A stretch of DNA of 64,000 nucleotides from assembly GCA_963807605.1 (NCBI GenBank), contig CAWECG010000004.1, positions 352,001-416,000 of the forward strand. The letters are read 5' to 3'. Below, piece by piece: positions 37,868-49,060 of this stretch. The position numbers and the translations under genes were made by a program. Position 1 is the first letter of the stretch, and the number at the start of each line of letters is the position of its first letter. The stretch comes from Candidatus Bathyarchaeota archaeon. GTDB taxonomy: Archaea; Thermoproteota; Bathyarchaeia; 40CM-2-53-6; RBG-13-38-9. The notes beneath the pieces are model-generated. The model saw nothing but the letters and a program-made list of their open reading frames with translations. It did not search any database and was not told the DNA's origin.

Positions 37868-38188
37868 ATGCAACTAGAAAAGACTGGGAATGTCAAAACT
37901 ATCTCACAGAAAAGTGACCTCAAAATCCTAGTAGTTATCGAGCTTCATCAGGACAATCCTGACCAGCCGCAAAGACCGATAATCTCCCCAATCAATCAAC
38001 CGCTGGAAAGACAAATCTCGGAGTCGATACACATGGCTGTTTCAGCGATCCCCATAGGCCTTCAACAGGTAGGAAGGTCTCCAAACGAGGTAAACTGGGT
38101 GATGACTAGGGAAGAGTACGCCGACAGCGGCTTGTGTGTCGGCGATACTGTTACGTTAATCCTTTCGCGAATTCAAAGGATAGAATAG
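37868..38188 (+). CDS. Arcadin-1-like protein
   Basis: G.V...V.IEL, Pro-rich linker, helix ending aiP.G, MTREEY....VGD.V.L pattern recalled from Pyrobaculum arcadin-1. Confidence 0.5.
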   Translation: MQLEKTGNVKTISQKSDLKILVVIELHQDNPDQPQRPIISPINQPLERQISESIHMAVSAIPIGLQQVGRSPNEVNWVMTREEYADSGLCVGDTVTLILSRIQRIE

Positions 38189-38433
38189 AGCACTCCTCAT
38201 TCGTCGAACGGTTCAGGAATTCCTCACCAAACGTTGCATACATCAACTTGACCCTGCTGGCGCACAGTGAATCTAGCGTTCTTTTCCGTCCTCGATATTT
38301 GGTCTTGAATTGTTGGCCCAGTAGCTTACGCGCGAAAGTAGCCAAGATCTCTGAAAAAGAATCAAAATCTAGACTCAAATAGGTCCGAACAACTTACATT
38401 TATCGACTGTTCATACTAAGCCTGCTCAGCCCG

Positions 38434-40198
38434 CTATGCGGAGAGCTTCTTTAGCTGATTGTTATACATCTCCAGAATTTCTTTTGTTGTGCTGGCATCT
38501 TCTGGAGACTTGTCCAATCTGTATTTCCCCGTAAATCTGGGAAACCTTATTGCAAGCCCACTATTTGGCCTAATTACCCCCACACACGCACTGTGAACTG
38601 GGCTAAGAGTTATTTCATCGCCGATAATTTCGAGAACCATGTTCGGAACGAGCCAGAACATCTGCTTCGAGTTTCGAGTCAACTCTCGGGTGTCTGTGCG
38701 AAGTCTGAAATGGCCTGAGTTTCTTTGGAAGTTCTGCCAAGTCTTGGTCAGTGAAACCGGAGCCGCATTTACACACTGTCCGAAACATGTCCTCATTCTC
38801 ATCGTAGGCGGCTAGTAAGAGTGCGCCATAACTTCCGCCTCTCTTGCCTTTGCCGTGAAAAGCTCCAACCACAACTAGATCTACTGTATCGGCCATCTCA
38901 GCTTTGTATGCTCTTTTGTACTTTACCCATAGCCAGCCTCTCGCCCCAGCCTGATATATCGAATCTGGCCCGATGGACTTGAACATCAACCCTTCACAAC
39001 CGTCAGAAACCGCCTTGTCCATGTACTGCTCGATCTCTCGAGCGTCGTCAGTCACCAGTCGCTCAGACATTCCAATAGATTCGTTTTCTGTAATACTTCT
39101 TGCCAGAGCTTCTCTTCTATGCGGATACGGTTTCATAGTGAAGTCGACGCCGTCAGCGTAGAGCAGATCGAAGAGGAAGACCTTAACCGGGACCTCTCCG
39201 ACCATCTTCTCAATCCCATACTTCCTGCCCCTCCTTTGACTAATCATTTGAAAAGGAAGCATATCACCCGTATTCGGGTCAATAGCTACGCACTCCCCTT
39301 CGACTATCGCCTCCTTTTGTTTCACAGAGTCGCGGACATGCTTGACGACTTCGGGAAACTGATCCGTGATTTTCTCAAGCCTTCTTGAGAACAGGGAAGC
39401 AGACTTATGCGTTACGTGAGCCTGAATCCTCAATCCATCGTACTTGTACTCCGCGGCAGCTTTGCCACCCAGCTTCTCAAGGATCTCTGTTGGATCAGAT
39501 AGACGTTCAGCCAACATTGGCCTTATCGGACGGCCTACCCTAATCTTCAACTTCAGCACTCCGTCAATGCCATCTGAAGCGACGGTTCTTGCGATGAGGC
39601 CGAGATCCGAGGAGATATTATATGCTCTCTCGAGTTGTTCCTTGTCTTCAACATTGCCTGTGTAGGCCAAGGCCAATGACTCGAGCAGAGTCATGTCCGC
39701 CACACCAAGCCTCAGCTTACCCAGAGCCATCCTAGCAATGTATTTTGCCTCTCTGGGCGACGCGTCGTTAAGGAGGCTGCACAGCAGTCTAACCTTGGCT
39801 TCAATCGATCCGGAGCCTGTTTCACGCGCTATCTTATCAAATGCTGAGTACACGTCTTCCGCGTTAAGGATTTTTTTCGAAAGGGTCTGCTGCATCTTCT
39901 TTCCAAGAAGTTTCTCAGCAGTTTCTCCTAAATCTCCAGTTGTTCTGTAGCTGGCTGCGACAACATCCTCCCTCTTGCCTGAGGCCAATGAGATTGCTTT
40001 TATTATGAGTTTCTCGGCCATTCCAAGCTCGATACCCATGTAATCGGGATACAGTTTTCCCTGCATGAGATAAACGGTCTCTTGGATGACATTTCTAGGC
40101 GTCTTCTTGAAAAGTCCCGCCAGCAGATCTCGCATCTCAAGCCTTTTGGTGGTTGCCTCTATCTTGTCGTAAGTCTCCACAAGTATCGAGTATTTCAT
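38434..40198 (-). CDS. lig: ATP-dependent DNA ligase, interrupted by a +1 base near 38657
   Basis: EYKYDG.R.Q, EGLMFK, W.KYK; the frame reads ..EADV and then continues [12 protein letters not shown]...RFPRF in another frame. Confidence 0.93.
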
Positions 40199-40246
40199 CT
40201 CGAATCGATTATAGCTCGTCTTCGCAGGATTAGGGAATTGTGGTTG

Positions 40247-40786
40247 TCAAAACACAGACTGAGCTCGGTAAACCTCTTCATGGATAACTTCTCTAAGACT
40301 TCTCCTCGGCGTGGCAGCAGACACATATTTTGGAAATCCAATTGGGATTATCGCAACAGGCTTTGCCTTGTCGTCGGTTTGTACGGCGTCTGCTGCGACC
40401 GCCTCGTCGAAGGTTCCAACCCAACACGCTTCCAGACCTTTGTTGTGAACTGCCAGAAGCATATTCTGTATGGCGGCTGCGGTATCCTGTATAGAGTACA
40501 GCTCAGAACCTCTGCGACCGTAGATCCTTGATGACCTTGATTGGTTCGCCAGAACCACTACTACAGTGGGCGCCTCGGCGATGAAGCTCTGATGAAAAGC
40601 AGCTTCTGCAAGGGCACTCTTTCTTTTCTGATCTCTAACTACAATGAACTCCCAGGGTTGGACATTCCCTGCACTTGGCGCATGTGTACCACATTTGATT
40701 ATCTCCTCGAGGTCATTTTTTGAGACCCCCCTGTCATCAAAGCTCCTTACGCTCCGTCTTCCTCTGATGGCTTCAAGAACGTCCAG
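40247..40786 (-). CDS. Nitroreductase-family flavoprotein, apparent CTG start
   Basis: Open frame (L)DVLEAIRGRRSVRSF..HAPSAGNVQPWEF..QNMLL...G...CW; purine-rich GGGGAGGG RBS shortly upstream of the CTG. Confidence 0.88.
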   Translation of the reverse strand: MDVLEAIRGRRSVRSFDDRGVSKNDLEEIIKCGTHAPSAGNVQPWEFIVVRDQKRKSALAEAAFHQSFIAEAPTVVVVLANQSRSSRIYGRRGSELYSIQDTAAAIQNMLLAVHNKGLEACWVGTFDEAVAADAVQTDDKAKPVAIIPIGFPKYVSAATPRRSLREVIHEEVYRAQSVF

Positions 40787-40861
40787 GGTTTCCCTCCCCC
40801 AGGTGAATCCGCACCTGCACTTTGAATAGGAGTGGCCTAGAAAGCGGCCATTTCCTAAGTT

Positions 40862-42043
40862 CTACTCGATGTGCACTCGGAACAGGTCCATGTCTAGACC
40901 GATTTGGTCAAGGAATTCTTTGGCAGCGTGTTCGACATCTTTTGATTGAGTTATGTATCTGCCGACTATGAGTATGTCCGCTCCGGCCTTCATGGCGGCC
41001 GTCACAGTGCTCGGCTCCACTCCGCCGGCTACTGCCACGAGGAGTTTCCAATTCTTGAATTTCGTTTTTATCTCCTTGATGAGTTCCCATCTTGTCTTGC
41101 CTACTCGCTCCTCATCTATTCCTCTGTGGAGTATTATAACATCGGGTAGTTCCTTGAGCGACTCAAGAATCTTCATCGGGTCGGCGACGTCCATCATGTC
41201 AATTATCGCGTATATTCCAAGCCTTCTTGCCTCATAGATGAATTTGTCAAGCGTATCACGCGATGCAAGACCTGAAGCCACGACTGCGTCGGCGGTTTCC
41301 TCAAATGCAAGGTCGACTTCGACTTGGCCAACATCCAAAGTCTTGAGGTCTGCCACGATGAAGACATCCTTTGCAACCTGTCGGAGTTCTTGAATAACGC
41401 TAGCGCCGTACTTCTTGATTAGGGGAGTACCGGCTTCATATATTACCCTGTCACTCCTCGGTACTTCGGAGATTATCCGCTTCGTCCGTTCAAGATCGGG
41501 TATGTCTAGAGCTATCTGGAGATAAGGCGGCATCCAGAGTCTCGGAATTCTGAAGCCCATGATGGGGTGCGTCGCCCTGTCTTTATCGTAGATAATCTTC
41601 TCGATAGTCGGATACTTATTTAAGGCTCTTCTGACTGCGAGTTTCGTAGCGCTGTAGTTATACTGGTAGATCTTTCGGTAGTCTTTTGCCTCAGGGTGTA
41701 CGAAGACACTGCATAGAACGACCCAGTCTTCGACCACATCCTTCGGAATAAGTCCTTCTTCCACGGCATCCGCAATGGCCTTGGCGACACCAGCCTGAGC
41801 AGGACCAAAGATCTTCGCAACCTCAGATATGTCCTTGACAGTGACCTTAGGAACCACAAGTGTGTAGGGCTTCGATGGAAGGTTGGGCCTAATTACCGCC
41901 AGAAGCGGCGTGTGACCAGCGGAATAGTTCCCAAAGCTGTTGGCAAATGCTTGGCCAACTGGCCCCTCCTTGGTACCAATCAATAGATCCACGTGTGCAA
42001 TTTCAGGTTCTTTTCCGACTAAGGCTTCACCGATGAGGTACAT
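40862..42043 (-). CDS. fae-hps: Bifunctional formaldehyde-activating enzyme / 3-hexulose-6-phosphate synthase
   Basis: GEALVG..PE.AH.D, FGPAQ; LQIALD, EAGTPL, DLKTLD, HRGIDE, VAGG. Confidence 0.95.
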   Translation of the reverse strand: MYLIGEALVGKEPEIAHVDLLIGTKEGPVGQAFANSFGNYSAGHTPLLAVIRPNLPSKPYTLVVPKVTVKDISEVAKIFGPAQAGVAKAIADAVEEGLIPKDVVEDWVVLCSVFVHPEAKDYRKIYQYNYSATKLAVRRALNKYPTIEKIIYDKDRATHPIMGFRIPRLWMPPYLQIALDIPDLERTKRIISEVPRSDRVIYEAGTPLIKKYGASVIQELRQVAKDVFIVADLKTLDVGQVEVDLAFEETADAVVASGLASRDTLDKFIYEARRLGIYAIIDMMDVADPMKILESLKELPDVIILHRGIDEERVGKTRWELIKEIKTKFKNWKLLVAVAGGVEPSTVTAAMKAGADILIVGRYITQSKDVEHAAKEFLDQIGLDMDLFRVHIE

Positions 42044-42212
42044 GTCGCCACTATCCTTATTCTATTTGTAATCTAGAAAGGGCCTGAGTTTATAAATGCG
42101 TTTTCTCTTCGCTCTTGTCTTTTCACTCTTGACGTCATATCAATATGCTCTCTTCCAAGCAGTTCTGATGTTACAGTTAGATCTTCCAAGCATCGCTGGA
42201 TACTGCTTATTC

Positions 42213-43124
42213 CTACTTGCAGACGTTTTGTTGAAGTCGCCTCCAGTAGTACAAATACTCTTGCGCATATCCCGCGTAGCGGCCGAAATGCATTCGGCCA
42301 AACTCACTTAGGATCTTGTAGTCTCGAACAGTTAGATGTCGACCATCTCTGATTCGTTTGGCAAGTCTTCGGCCCAACTGAAAGTGGTAGAGCTGGGCAA
42401 GTGCTCTGGCAATCCACACGTCAACTGGAAAGGCCTCAAGCTTCTCGAGAGAGAAGAGCAGGATACAATCGGATACCTTGTTTCCAACGCCATGATCATA
42501 AGACATGAGAGTTGACTTAGCTTCGTCGTAGGGCATCTTTCTTAACTTGTCGAAGTCGATTACGCCTTCACAAACGAGCTTGGCCATCTCTCTAAGTTCC
42601 AGAGCTTGTCTTCGTCCGTAGCGCAGCCCGCACTTCATGAGATCCTCCAACTTGGCTCGAGCTACAGCCTCGGCTGTTGGAAAGGAGTAGTCGATATAAC
42701 CATCCCAAACAACCTTCTGTCCAAATCTGCAGCTGAGAGTGTTAAGCACCTTCCTTATCATCACGATTCTGCAGTTCCTTGAGCATATGTACGACACCAG
42801 GCACTCCCAGGGGTCTTGGCGCAGAAGTCTGATTCCTCGAACTCCTGCTACAATCGTTCGAAATGTTTTATCTTTGCACAGCTCTTTGATGATGGCATAT
42901 AAGTCGTCGTCAAGACGCAGGTAGCTTGTGATCGTAGTCTTCGGAATTGAATTGGAAGATCGAACTTCCAAGCGATCCTCTTGTTGTCTTATCTTGATCA
43001 TTTTGTCGTCGAGGACCCCGAGCCACCATCCATTGAGTTTGGCCCACCGAAATACCTGACCACACGATAATGTTCTATCGAGGTCTATCGACTTTGAGTT
43101 GTCGTCTAGCTCTATGTTCATCAC
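42213..43124 (-). CDS. ogg1: 8-oxoguanine DNA glycosylase (OGG1-type)
   Basis: TL.CGQVFRW, QDPWECL.SYICS, HhH GVG.KV.DC, FPVDVW, YAGYAQ.YL. Confidence 0.9.
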   Translation of the reverse strand: MMNIELDDNSKSIDLDRTLSCGQVFRWAKLNGWWLGVLDDKMIKIRQQEDRLEVRSSNSIPKTTITSYLRLDDDLYAIIKELCKDKTFRTIVAGVRGIRLLRQDPWECLVSYICSRNCRIVMIRKVLNTLSCRFGQKVVWDGYIDYSFPTAEAVARAKLEDLMKCGLRYGRRQALELREMAKLVCEGVIDFDKLRKMPYDEAKSTLMSYDHGVGNKVSDCILLFSLEKLEAFPVDVWIARALAQLYHFQLGRRLAKRIRDGRHLTVRDYKILSEFGRMHFGRYAGYAQEYLYYWRRLQQNVCK

Positions 43125-43147
43125 AGTGCCTTCATACTCGGCGATTC

Positions 43148-43879
43148 TTACTTGTTCAGCTTGGTTTGTATCAGGAGTAGATTGTCCAAGTAAAGGTCAA
43201 ATTCGCTTAGAAAGCTCCTGAGCTTTAGTACGGACACGATCGGTACTCCCTCGATCATGCTAGTCTGACTCTCGGTCAATGTAACAATGAGGGGCACAAA
43301 GATCGTCTTGCGATCTGGCGGAATAGTGAGTATTTCCCCGTACCTATCAAGCTCCTTCACCAGAGCCTCTGTCCGGCTAATCTGTTTCTTCACGGCATTG
43401 AGAAGGCGGCTAGTGAACAGACCGTATCTCCAGTGTTTGCAGTCGACGCAGATCGTCGTCGAGTCTCTTCTTCCAATGAGGTCTATCTCATATTTTCTGT
43501 CGGCATGCCTGAACACGAATCTTGTGAAGGTTTTAAAGCCGTTAGCACGAAGGGCCTCAGCTCCAACATCTTCAAACTCACTAAAGGATAGACTTCCACA
43601 GACCCTTTCGAGATTTACTCCCGCCTTAATGCCCTCTAAAGCTAGATTGAGACGGTTTTCGCGTGTGACTTCTATCGCTGAGCCCTCACATGAAAGCAAA
43701 CCCATTTTTGCCAACAGCTCAACCGCACCCTTCACAGTCACAGTTGGCAATCCAACGATATCTGGAAGATTGTGCACGGATATTTTCTTGCATTCGCGCG
43801 TGCTTTTCAGAAGCCCGAGAAGCAGTCTACATGTGACTTCTTTGTTTAGACAGTTGATTTGGCCGCAGAGAATGCACAA
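43148..43879 (-). CDS. wHTH + PD-(D/E)XK restriction-endonuclease-like protein
   Basis: FE......L..NGF, EIDLIG, VDCKHW; start uncertain. Confidence 0.75.
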   Translation of the reverse strand: MCILCGQINCLNKEVTCRLLLGLLKSTRECKKISVHNLPDIVGLPTVTVKGAVELLAKMGLLSCEGSAIEVTRENRLNLALEGIKAGVNLERVCGSLSFSEFEDVGAEALRANGFKTFTRFVFRHADRKYEIDLIGRRDSTTICVDCKHWRYGLFTSRLLNAVKKQISRTEALVKELDRYGEILTIPPDRKTIFVPLIVTLTESQTSMIEGVPIVSVLKLRSFLSEFDLYLDNLLLIQTKLNK

Positions 43880-43892
43880 TCTAACCGTCGAC

Positions 43893-45038
43893 TCAGCCCG
43901 GGGGGGTTACGAACGTAAGAGCAAGTATTGCTAGCACTATTAGGTAGAATAAGGCTCGCGATCTTGACAGAGGGGAGATGTCTTCAAGTGGTTCTGCGCC
44001 CGCCCAAGCATGTCTGCTTGCCGTCATGAGTAGTATAAGGAATAGTGCGAAAAACCAGTAACCACTCACAACAAGGACAGCGAGACCAATTATAGATGTA
44101 ATCCTGTGTCCCTTAGAACCGAATACAGCTCTCGAGATATGACCGCCGTCAAGCTGCCATATTGGCAGAAGATTCAGGAAAGTTACGAGAGAACCTACCC
44201 AAGCAGCGAAGAGGGTCTGTCCTAGCACAAGAGTCCAGCCGTGCGGCAAAGTGTAAATCCTGAGTGCATCAACAATCCAGAATATTCCTGAGAATAGGAG
44301 AGGCGAACCGGGCCAAGAAACCGAACCTACCAGCTTCTGCTGTTCAAGAGAGGCGGCCTGCGTCTCTGGAATTGATACACCGAGAGCCATACTCAGAAAG
44401 GTGACGAGAATCATGATTACAAACCCAGCCAATGGGCCGGCAAGCCCTATGTCGAAGAGTTCATCTTTGTTAGTGGGCGGACTCTTGAGAGAGATAATTG
44501 CTCCAAATGTTCCGAATGGTGGAAAGCCCGGTATGAAATAGGGGGTTGATGCCGCCAAGCCATGTCGGTTACACACGAGCTTGTGTCCCAACTCGTGGGA
44601 GCCTATTATCCCTGCGAGACAGGCGGTATATATTGCCGCTTGAAGGTAGGGGTTTGCTTTGGGCATCAGCCTCTGACTCCACAGGGGATTACCGATCCAC
44701 AATAGGTAACCAGCGATGAAGATCGTAACCAAGGTCACAATGAAAAGAACTGGGCTGAGTCCTCTTCTGCCGGCCTTGATGGGAGGTTTGCTAAAAAGCT
44801 TAAGCACATAGTTAGCTTCTCCACGCCTAACCATCGGCAGAAGTCCAAGGGATGACAGCTGATTTGCCAGAGCCTTGAATTTGTCCTTCAGAGGTTCGAC
44901 CGCTATGATGAATGTGGGGTTTCCTGTCACATCGATAAATGCGTCAGTTATGTTGAAATCTTGACTCACTATGGTCTTCAAATCAGCCAAGGAGTATTGT
45001 GTTGCATAAGTGGGCTGGGAGGGCGCATAATTGCTCAA
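43893..45038 (-). CDS. Site-2 protease (M50)
   Basis: HELGH, GTFGA, AGPLAG, NLLP..QLDGGH. Confidence 0.93.
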   Translation of the reverse strand: MSNYAPSQPTYATQYSLADLKTIVSQDFNITDAFIDVTGNPTFIIAVEPLKDKFKALANQLSSLGLLPMVRRGEANYVLKLFSKPPIKAGRRGLSPVLFIVTLVTIFIAGYLLWIGNPLWSQRLMPKANPYLQAAIYTACLAGIIGSHELGHKLVCNRHGLAASTPYFIPGFPPFGTFGAIISLKSPPTNKDELFDIGLAGPLAGFVIMILVTFLSMALGVSIPETQAASLEQQKLVGSVSWPGSPLLFSGIFWIVDALRIYTLPHGWTLVLGQTLFAAWVGSLVTFLNLLPIWQLDGGHISRAVFGSKGHRITSIIGLAVLVVSGYWFFALFLILLMTASRHAWAGAEPLEDISPLSRSRALFYLIVLAILALTFVTPPG

Positions 45039-45190
45039 GTTAAGTTCTCCTCAGGCATTGATAGCGCTAACCGCTGAGCTCTTGTAATATAAGTCTAGTG
45101 ACAACAACCTCAACTTTGAAAGCCAGGCAAGCTTTCGAATTGAGTTAAAGCCTTATATCAACGATTTCCAATCACAGCCGCGATAGCGAG

Positions 45191-45706
45191 ATGAACCTGC
45201 ACTCCGAGGTAAAGATCAGAAGATTCTCCGCCGAAGACCTCGCAACGGTTATGGAGATAAATAGAACCTGCCTGCCAGAGAATTACAGCAGTTATTTTTT
45301 CCTCGATATCTGCAAGAACTACCCTGATGCCTTTCTGGTCGCAGAGTTCGAAGCGAGAATTGTCGGGTACATCATGTGTCGACTGGAGACAGGTTTCTCG
45401 GACTTTGCTCACTTAAGACCCGCCAAAAAAGGCCATGTCGTCTCTATCGCAGTCGTACCGGAGTATAGAAAAATAGGAATCGGTGGCACACTCATGCTCT
45501 CTGCGATCTCAGCACTTGCAAGTTACGGCTACTCAGAGGCTTTTGTGGAGGTCAGGATTACAAATGAACCGGCAATTAGTCTGTACCGGAAACTTGAATT
45601 TACGATCGTCAAGAGAATACCTCGGTACTACTACAATGGTGAGGACGCCTACGTCATGGCAATTCGGATGAATAGGCGCAAGTCGACGCGCGCGTCATGT
45701 AATTAG
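45191..45706 (+). CDS. rimI: N-terminal acetyltransferase (RimI/Ard1 family)
   Basis: CLPENY, GHVVSIAV...YR..GIG, EVR..N..A..LY, YY..GEDA. Confidence 0.92.
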   Translation: MNLHSEVKIRRFSAEDLATVMEINRTCLPENYSSYFFLDICKNYPDAFLVAEFEARIVGYIMCRLETGFSDFAHLRPAKKGHVVSIAVVPEYRKIGIGGTLMLSAISALASYGYSEAFVEVRITNEPAISLYRKLEFTIVKRIPRYYYNGEDAYVMAIRMNRRKSTRASCN

Positions 45707-46279
45707 ACAATACAGCAGTCATCACACAGCTGTAGATCTGACTGTAGACACGCAGCGGACCGTAGCTTCCAGTCTTCTCTGGATCTTCGGCATCACTTCA
45801 GGATTCTTTCAAATCAGATCAATGATAGTCGCCTCTCTTCGAGGTTCAGAAAAAAAAGGGCAGATTCTAGCGTGAACCGATTGAGGGTTTTTCCAGAGAT
45901 CTTTGCGACCTCGATCATCATGGCTTGGGTAGGGAACGCTAATGGAGAACCTGAGGAAGCTAAGCCACTACGAGCGGCCAGCCGCAATAGTCACATATCA
46001 AAGCCCTATCGTCTCGTGTGACTTTTCCACAATTAGGGCAGTAGATCAGCCTTCGGGTATCCATAGGGGGCCCCCTTCAGAGATAAGGTTAATTCAAATA
46101 CGAGGCGTATTATTTTTGGAGCACCTATAAGAGAGAACTGCACGATTTTGCTGCACTAGAAACTCGTCAAGTTTCTTTAGGCCGGATCCCGTTCAGGAGA
46201 AAAACAATAATAGCAAAGACCAAACAATCTTACTTGATAAACGGTTCTTAGCAATCTCACGCCAAAACCGGGTGAGAAA

Positions 46280-46537
46280 GTGGCCTCGAAAGAATTTCGT
46301 AATCTTGCCAACGAGTTTCCAACGATCTCTGAAATAGCCTACCGGGAATACCAAAAATACTTCCATGTCTCAGATGTTATGACTACTACGGTCTTGACAA
46401 TATATCCTGAAGCCTCGATGGAAGACGCGGCAAAGATAATGAGCGAAAGACACGTCGGCAGTCTCGTTGTTATAGAGAAAGAGACACCAGTAGGAATCGT
46501 CACTGAGAGAGACCTTGTGGAGGCTTACGCGAAATAA
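46280..46537 (+). pseudogene. Single CBS-domain ORF, probably truncated
   Basis: VSDVMT..V.T....S..DA...M....GSLVV....PVGIVTERDL, then a stop; CBS domains normally come in pairs. Confidence 0.55.
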
Positions 46538-46577
46538 TATCAAGAAGAATCATCTTCTGCGAGGGGGTGAGTGATGC

Positions 46578-46892
46578 TTGCCTATAGATCCCGACTTCCA
46601 GAAGAAGCTAAAAGCTAGTGGTGAACACGCCGGCCATAAAGTGTGGGGTGATGTCCAGTCGCCCCAGAAACTCGGCATTCACGGCACAAATGTCGCTGTG
46701 GACTTTGACTGTTGTAATGCTGATGGAATCTGTATATCGGTCTGTCCGGTTTCTGTCTTTGACGGGACGGAGACACCGGGCAATACGCTCTCAGACAAAA
46801 AGTCTGACCCAGTCAACGAACCTGCATGCATAGTATGCATGGCTTGCGAGATGCAATGCCCGACCAAGGCCATTAAGGTAACCGCTCCGTAA
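46578..46892 (+). CDS. zfx: Zinc-containing 7Fe ferredoxin (Sulfolobus Zfx type)
   Basis: IDP...GEH.GHKV, LGIHG, DFD.C.ADG.C...CP, KK.DPVNE.AC..CMAC...CP. Confidence 0.9.
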   Translation: MPIDPDFQKKLKASGEHAGHKVWGDVQSPQKLGIHGTNVAVDFDCCNADGICISVCPVSVFDGTETPGNTLSDKKSDPVNEPACIVCMACEMQCPTKAIKVTAP

Positions 46893-47064
46893 CATCCGTG
46901 TTAGCCGCGCTTCATAAGGTGCCATGTCGAGTAATCAGAATAGTGTAGAGACAACTGAAGCTGAGATGTCAACAGTAGCTTAGGAAACAGTTCAGCAAGA
47001 CAGTCGGTCATCAGACATTGCGCGTAATTCTTAGGATCTTCGAGTGAGAATAGGGCTTTCTGGG

Positions 47065-47364
47065 TCAGCGCCCTTCTTTCCCAGTTTCCCACTTCTCCCT
47101 CTTTACCAGAAGTCGCAGTGGAATATTCTGGCTTGTCCCGTCGGGCAGGCTCCTTCTAATACTGATAGGTAAAACACCCTCCTCCAGCTCCATCAGCCCG
47201 ATGGTAATAGGCGATCTGGCGGTGCTATCTAAGTTCAACAAAACAGGCGCCCCCATTGAAATCTGAAGCGCTCGTGCACCGACAACCCTAGCCTTCTCGA
47301 ATCTCGTCAGTTTCTGAGGCCCTATCAGAACTTGAGGTTGACCTTTAGGACTCTTCTGTTTCAC
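47065..47364 (-). CDS. rpo6: RNA polymerase subunit Rpo6 (K)
   Basis: LTRFEKARVVGARALQISMGAP, LPISIRR.LP; GTG after a GAGGAGG RBS inside the thermosome 3' end. Confidence 0.93.
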   Translation of the reverse strand: MKQKSPKGQPQVLIGPQKLTRFEKARVVGARALQISMGAPVLLNLDSTARSPITIGLMELEEGVLPISIRRSLPDGTSQNIPLRLLVKREKWETGKEGR

Positions 47365-48991
47365 CAGCACCCTCCTCTGACCCTTTTGGAGGCGGCATTC
47401 CTCCCTTACCTTTCCCTGCCTCAATAATGTCGTCAACCTTCAGAATCATAGTCGCAGCTTCTGTAGCCGAAGCTAGTGCCTGCCTCTTCACAGATGCCGG
47501 CTCGTGTACTCCCGCCTTATACATGTCCCTAACCGTTCCCTTATATGGATCTACACCAGCCCAGATCTCACCCTTCTCATGTCTCGCTCTCAACTCCACC
47601 AAGATATCAACAGGATCTAGACCGGCATTCTCAGCCAAAGCCATCGGAACAGACTCCAGAGCGTCCGCGAAGGCCAGAAATGCAAGTTGGCCTCTCCCAG
47701 GAATTTTCCTTGCGTATTCTCGCAGTCGCTTAGAGACCTCCGCCTCTGGTGCGCCTCCCCCAGCGACCATCTTCGGTTCTTGAACGATGTCTTTGACGAC
47801 GCATAGAGCGTCATGTACGGCTCTCTCAACCTCGTTTACTATTCTCTCGGTGCCTCCCCGAACAAATATCGTTACAGCCTTGGGGTTCCTGCATCCTTCG
47901 ATGAAGAGCATCCTATCATCCCCGATCTTTCTCTCCTCAACAACCTTGGCGTAGCCCAAATCCGTTTTTTCTAAGTTGGCTGTCTCTGTGACTATTGTCG
48001 CTCCTGTCGCCTTCGCCAGCTTCTCGATATCGGATGCTTTGACCCTCCTAGTGGCTAGGATACCCTTCTTTGCCAAATAGTGCTGTGCCGTGTCATCTAT
48101 CCCACGCTGGCACAGGAGAACGTTCGCCCCTGTGCTCGCGATCTTCTCAACCATTTCTTTGATGAGTTTCTCTTCTTTCTTGATGAATGCTTCAAGCTGT
48201 TCGGGCTTCTCGATTGAGAGTTTTGAGTCAAATTTTGTCTTCTCAATCTCAAGAGGCTTTATCAGAAGGACAATCTTCGCGCCATCCACCCGTTTGGGCA
48301 TCCTAGCGTGGACGATCTCTTTGTCAATAACTAAGCCCTTTATCAGTTGAGTGTCAGAGATGCCTGCTCCTTGTTTCTTCTCGACTTTTACATCTTCTAT
48401 GTCAACTGTGTACTTGCCAGATTTCTCTTCAGCCACATAGAGTATCGCATCTGTCACCAGGGTTGCTAATTTCTCTCTCTCTTCAGTGAGTAGCTTTGTT
48501 GCCATAGCGACGTCTGCTATTCTGCGAAGAATCCGCTTGTCTGTGGGGTGTACCTTTACGGCGATATCATAAAGAAACTCATTTGCTTTCTCAAGTGCTG
48601 ACGAGTAACCTTCTACAATAATGCCGGGATGGACATTTTTCTCTATCAGAAACTGCGCTCTGTTGAGAAGATCTCCGGCCAAGACGACCGCGGTTGTTGT
48701 TCCGTCTCCAACCTCTTGATCCTGTGTTTTGGCTACCTCAACCATGATCTTCGCTATGGGATGCTCTACTTCCATTTCCTTAAGGATGGTTGCCCCATCA
48801 TTAGTGACTGTAACGTCGCCGAAGGAGTCCACTAGCATCTTGTCCATTCCCCTCGGGCCAAGAGAACTCTTAACTACTTCACTGATTACGCGGGCCACGG
48901 TGATGTTCGCACGCTGACCCTCTCTACCTTGAGTTCGTGCACCTTCTTTCAAAATTAAGACCGGTTGACCTGAAAATTGAGGTGAAGCCAT
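47345..48991 (-). CDS. ths: Thermosome (group II chaperonin) subunit
   Basis: [31 protein letters not shown]. Confidence 0.97.
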   Translation of the reverse strand: MASPQFSGQPVLILKEGARTQGREGQRANITVARVISEVVKSSLGPRGMDKMLVDSFGDVTVTNDGATILKEMEVEHPIAKIMVEVAKTQDQEVGDGTTTAVVLAGDLLNRAQFLIEKNVHPGIIVEGYSSALEKANEFLYDIAVKVHPTDKRILRRIADVAMATKLLTEEREKLATLVTDAILYVAEEKSGKYTVDIEDVKVEKKQGAGISDTQLIKGLVIDKEIVHARMPKRVDGAKIVLLIKPLEIEKTKFDSKLSIEKPEQLEAFIKKEEKLIKEMVEKIASTGANVLLCQRGIDDTAQHYLAKKGILATRRVKASDIEKLAKATGATIVTETANLEKTDLGYAKVVEERKIGDDRMLFIEGCRNPKAVTIFVRGGTERIVNEVERAVHDALCVVKDIVQEPKMVAGGGAPEAEVSKRLREYARKIPGRGQLAFLAFADALESVPMALAENAGLDPVDILVELRARHEKGEIWAGVDPYKGTVRDMYKAGVHEPASVKRQALASATEAATMILKVDDIIEAGKGKGGMPPPKGSEEGAGETEES

Positions 48992-49060
48992 TATAACTTT
49001 CTCCGATAAAGGCGGGCTAACTAGAGTTGCATCTCGTCATAATAAGTATTGTGTTAAATA

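Noticed and set aside
40559-40786. Frameshift in the nitroreductase
   Set aside because: Manual translation across the G6 and A6 runs stays in frame; only the start codon is unusual
43287-43934. 215-aa plus-strand ORF
   Set aside because: Antisense shadow of the nuclease-like gene
45710-46270. Gene or ncRNA in the long intergenic gap
   Set aside because: Only short motif-less ORFs and no convincing structure visible by eye
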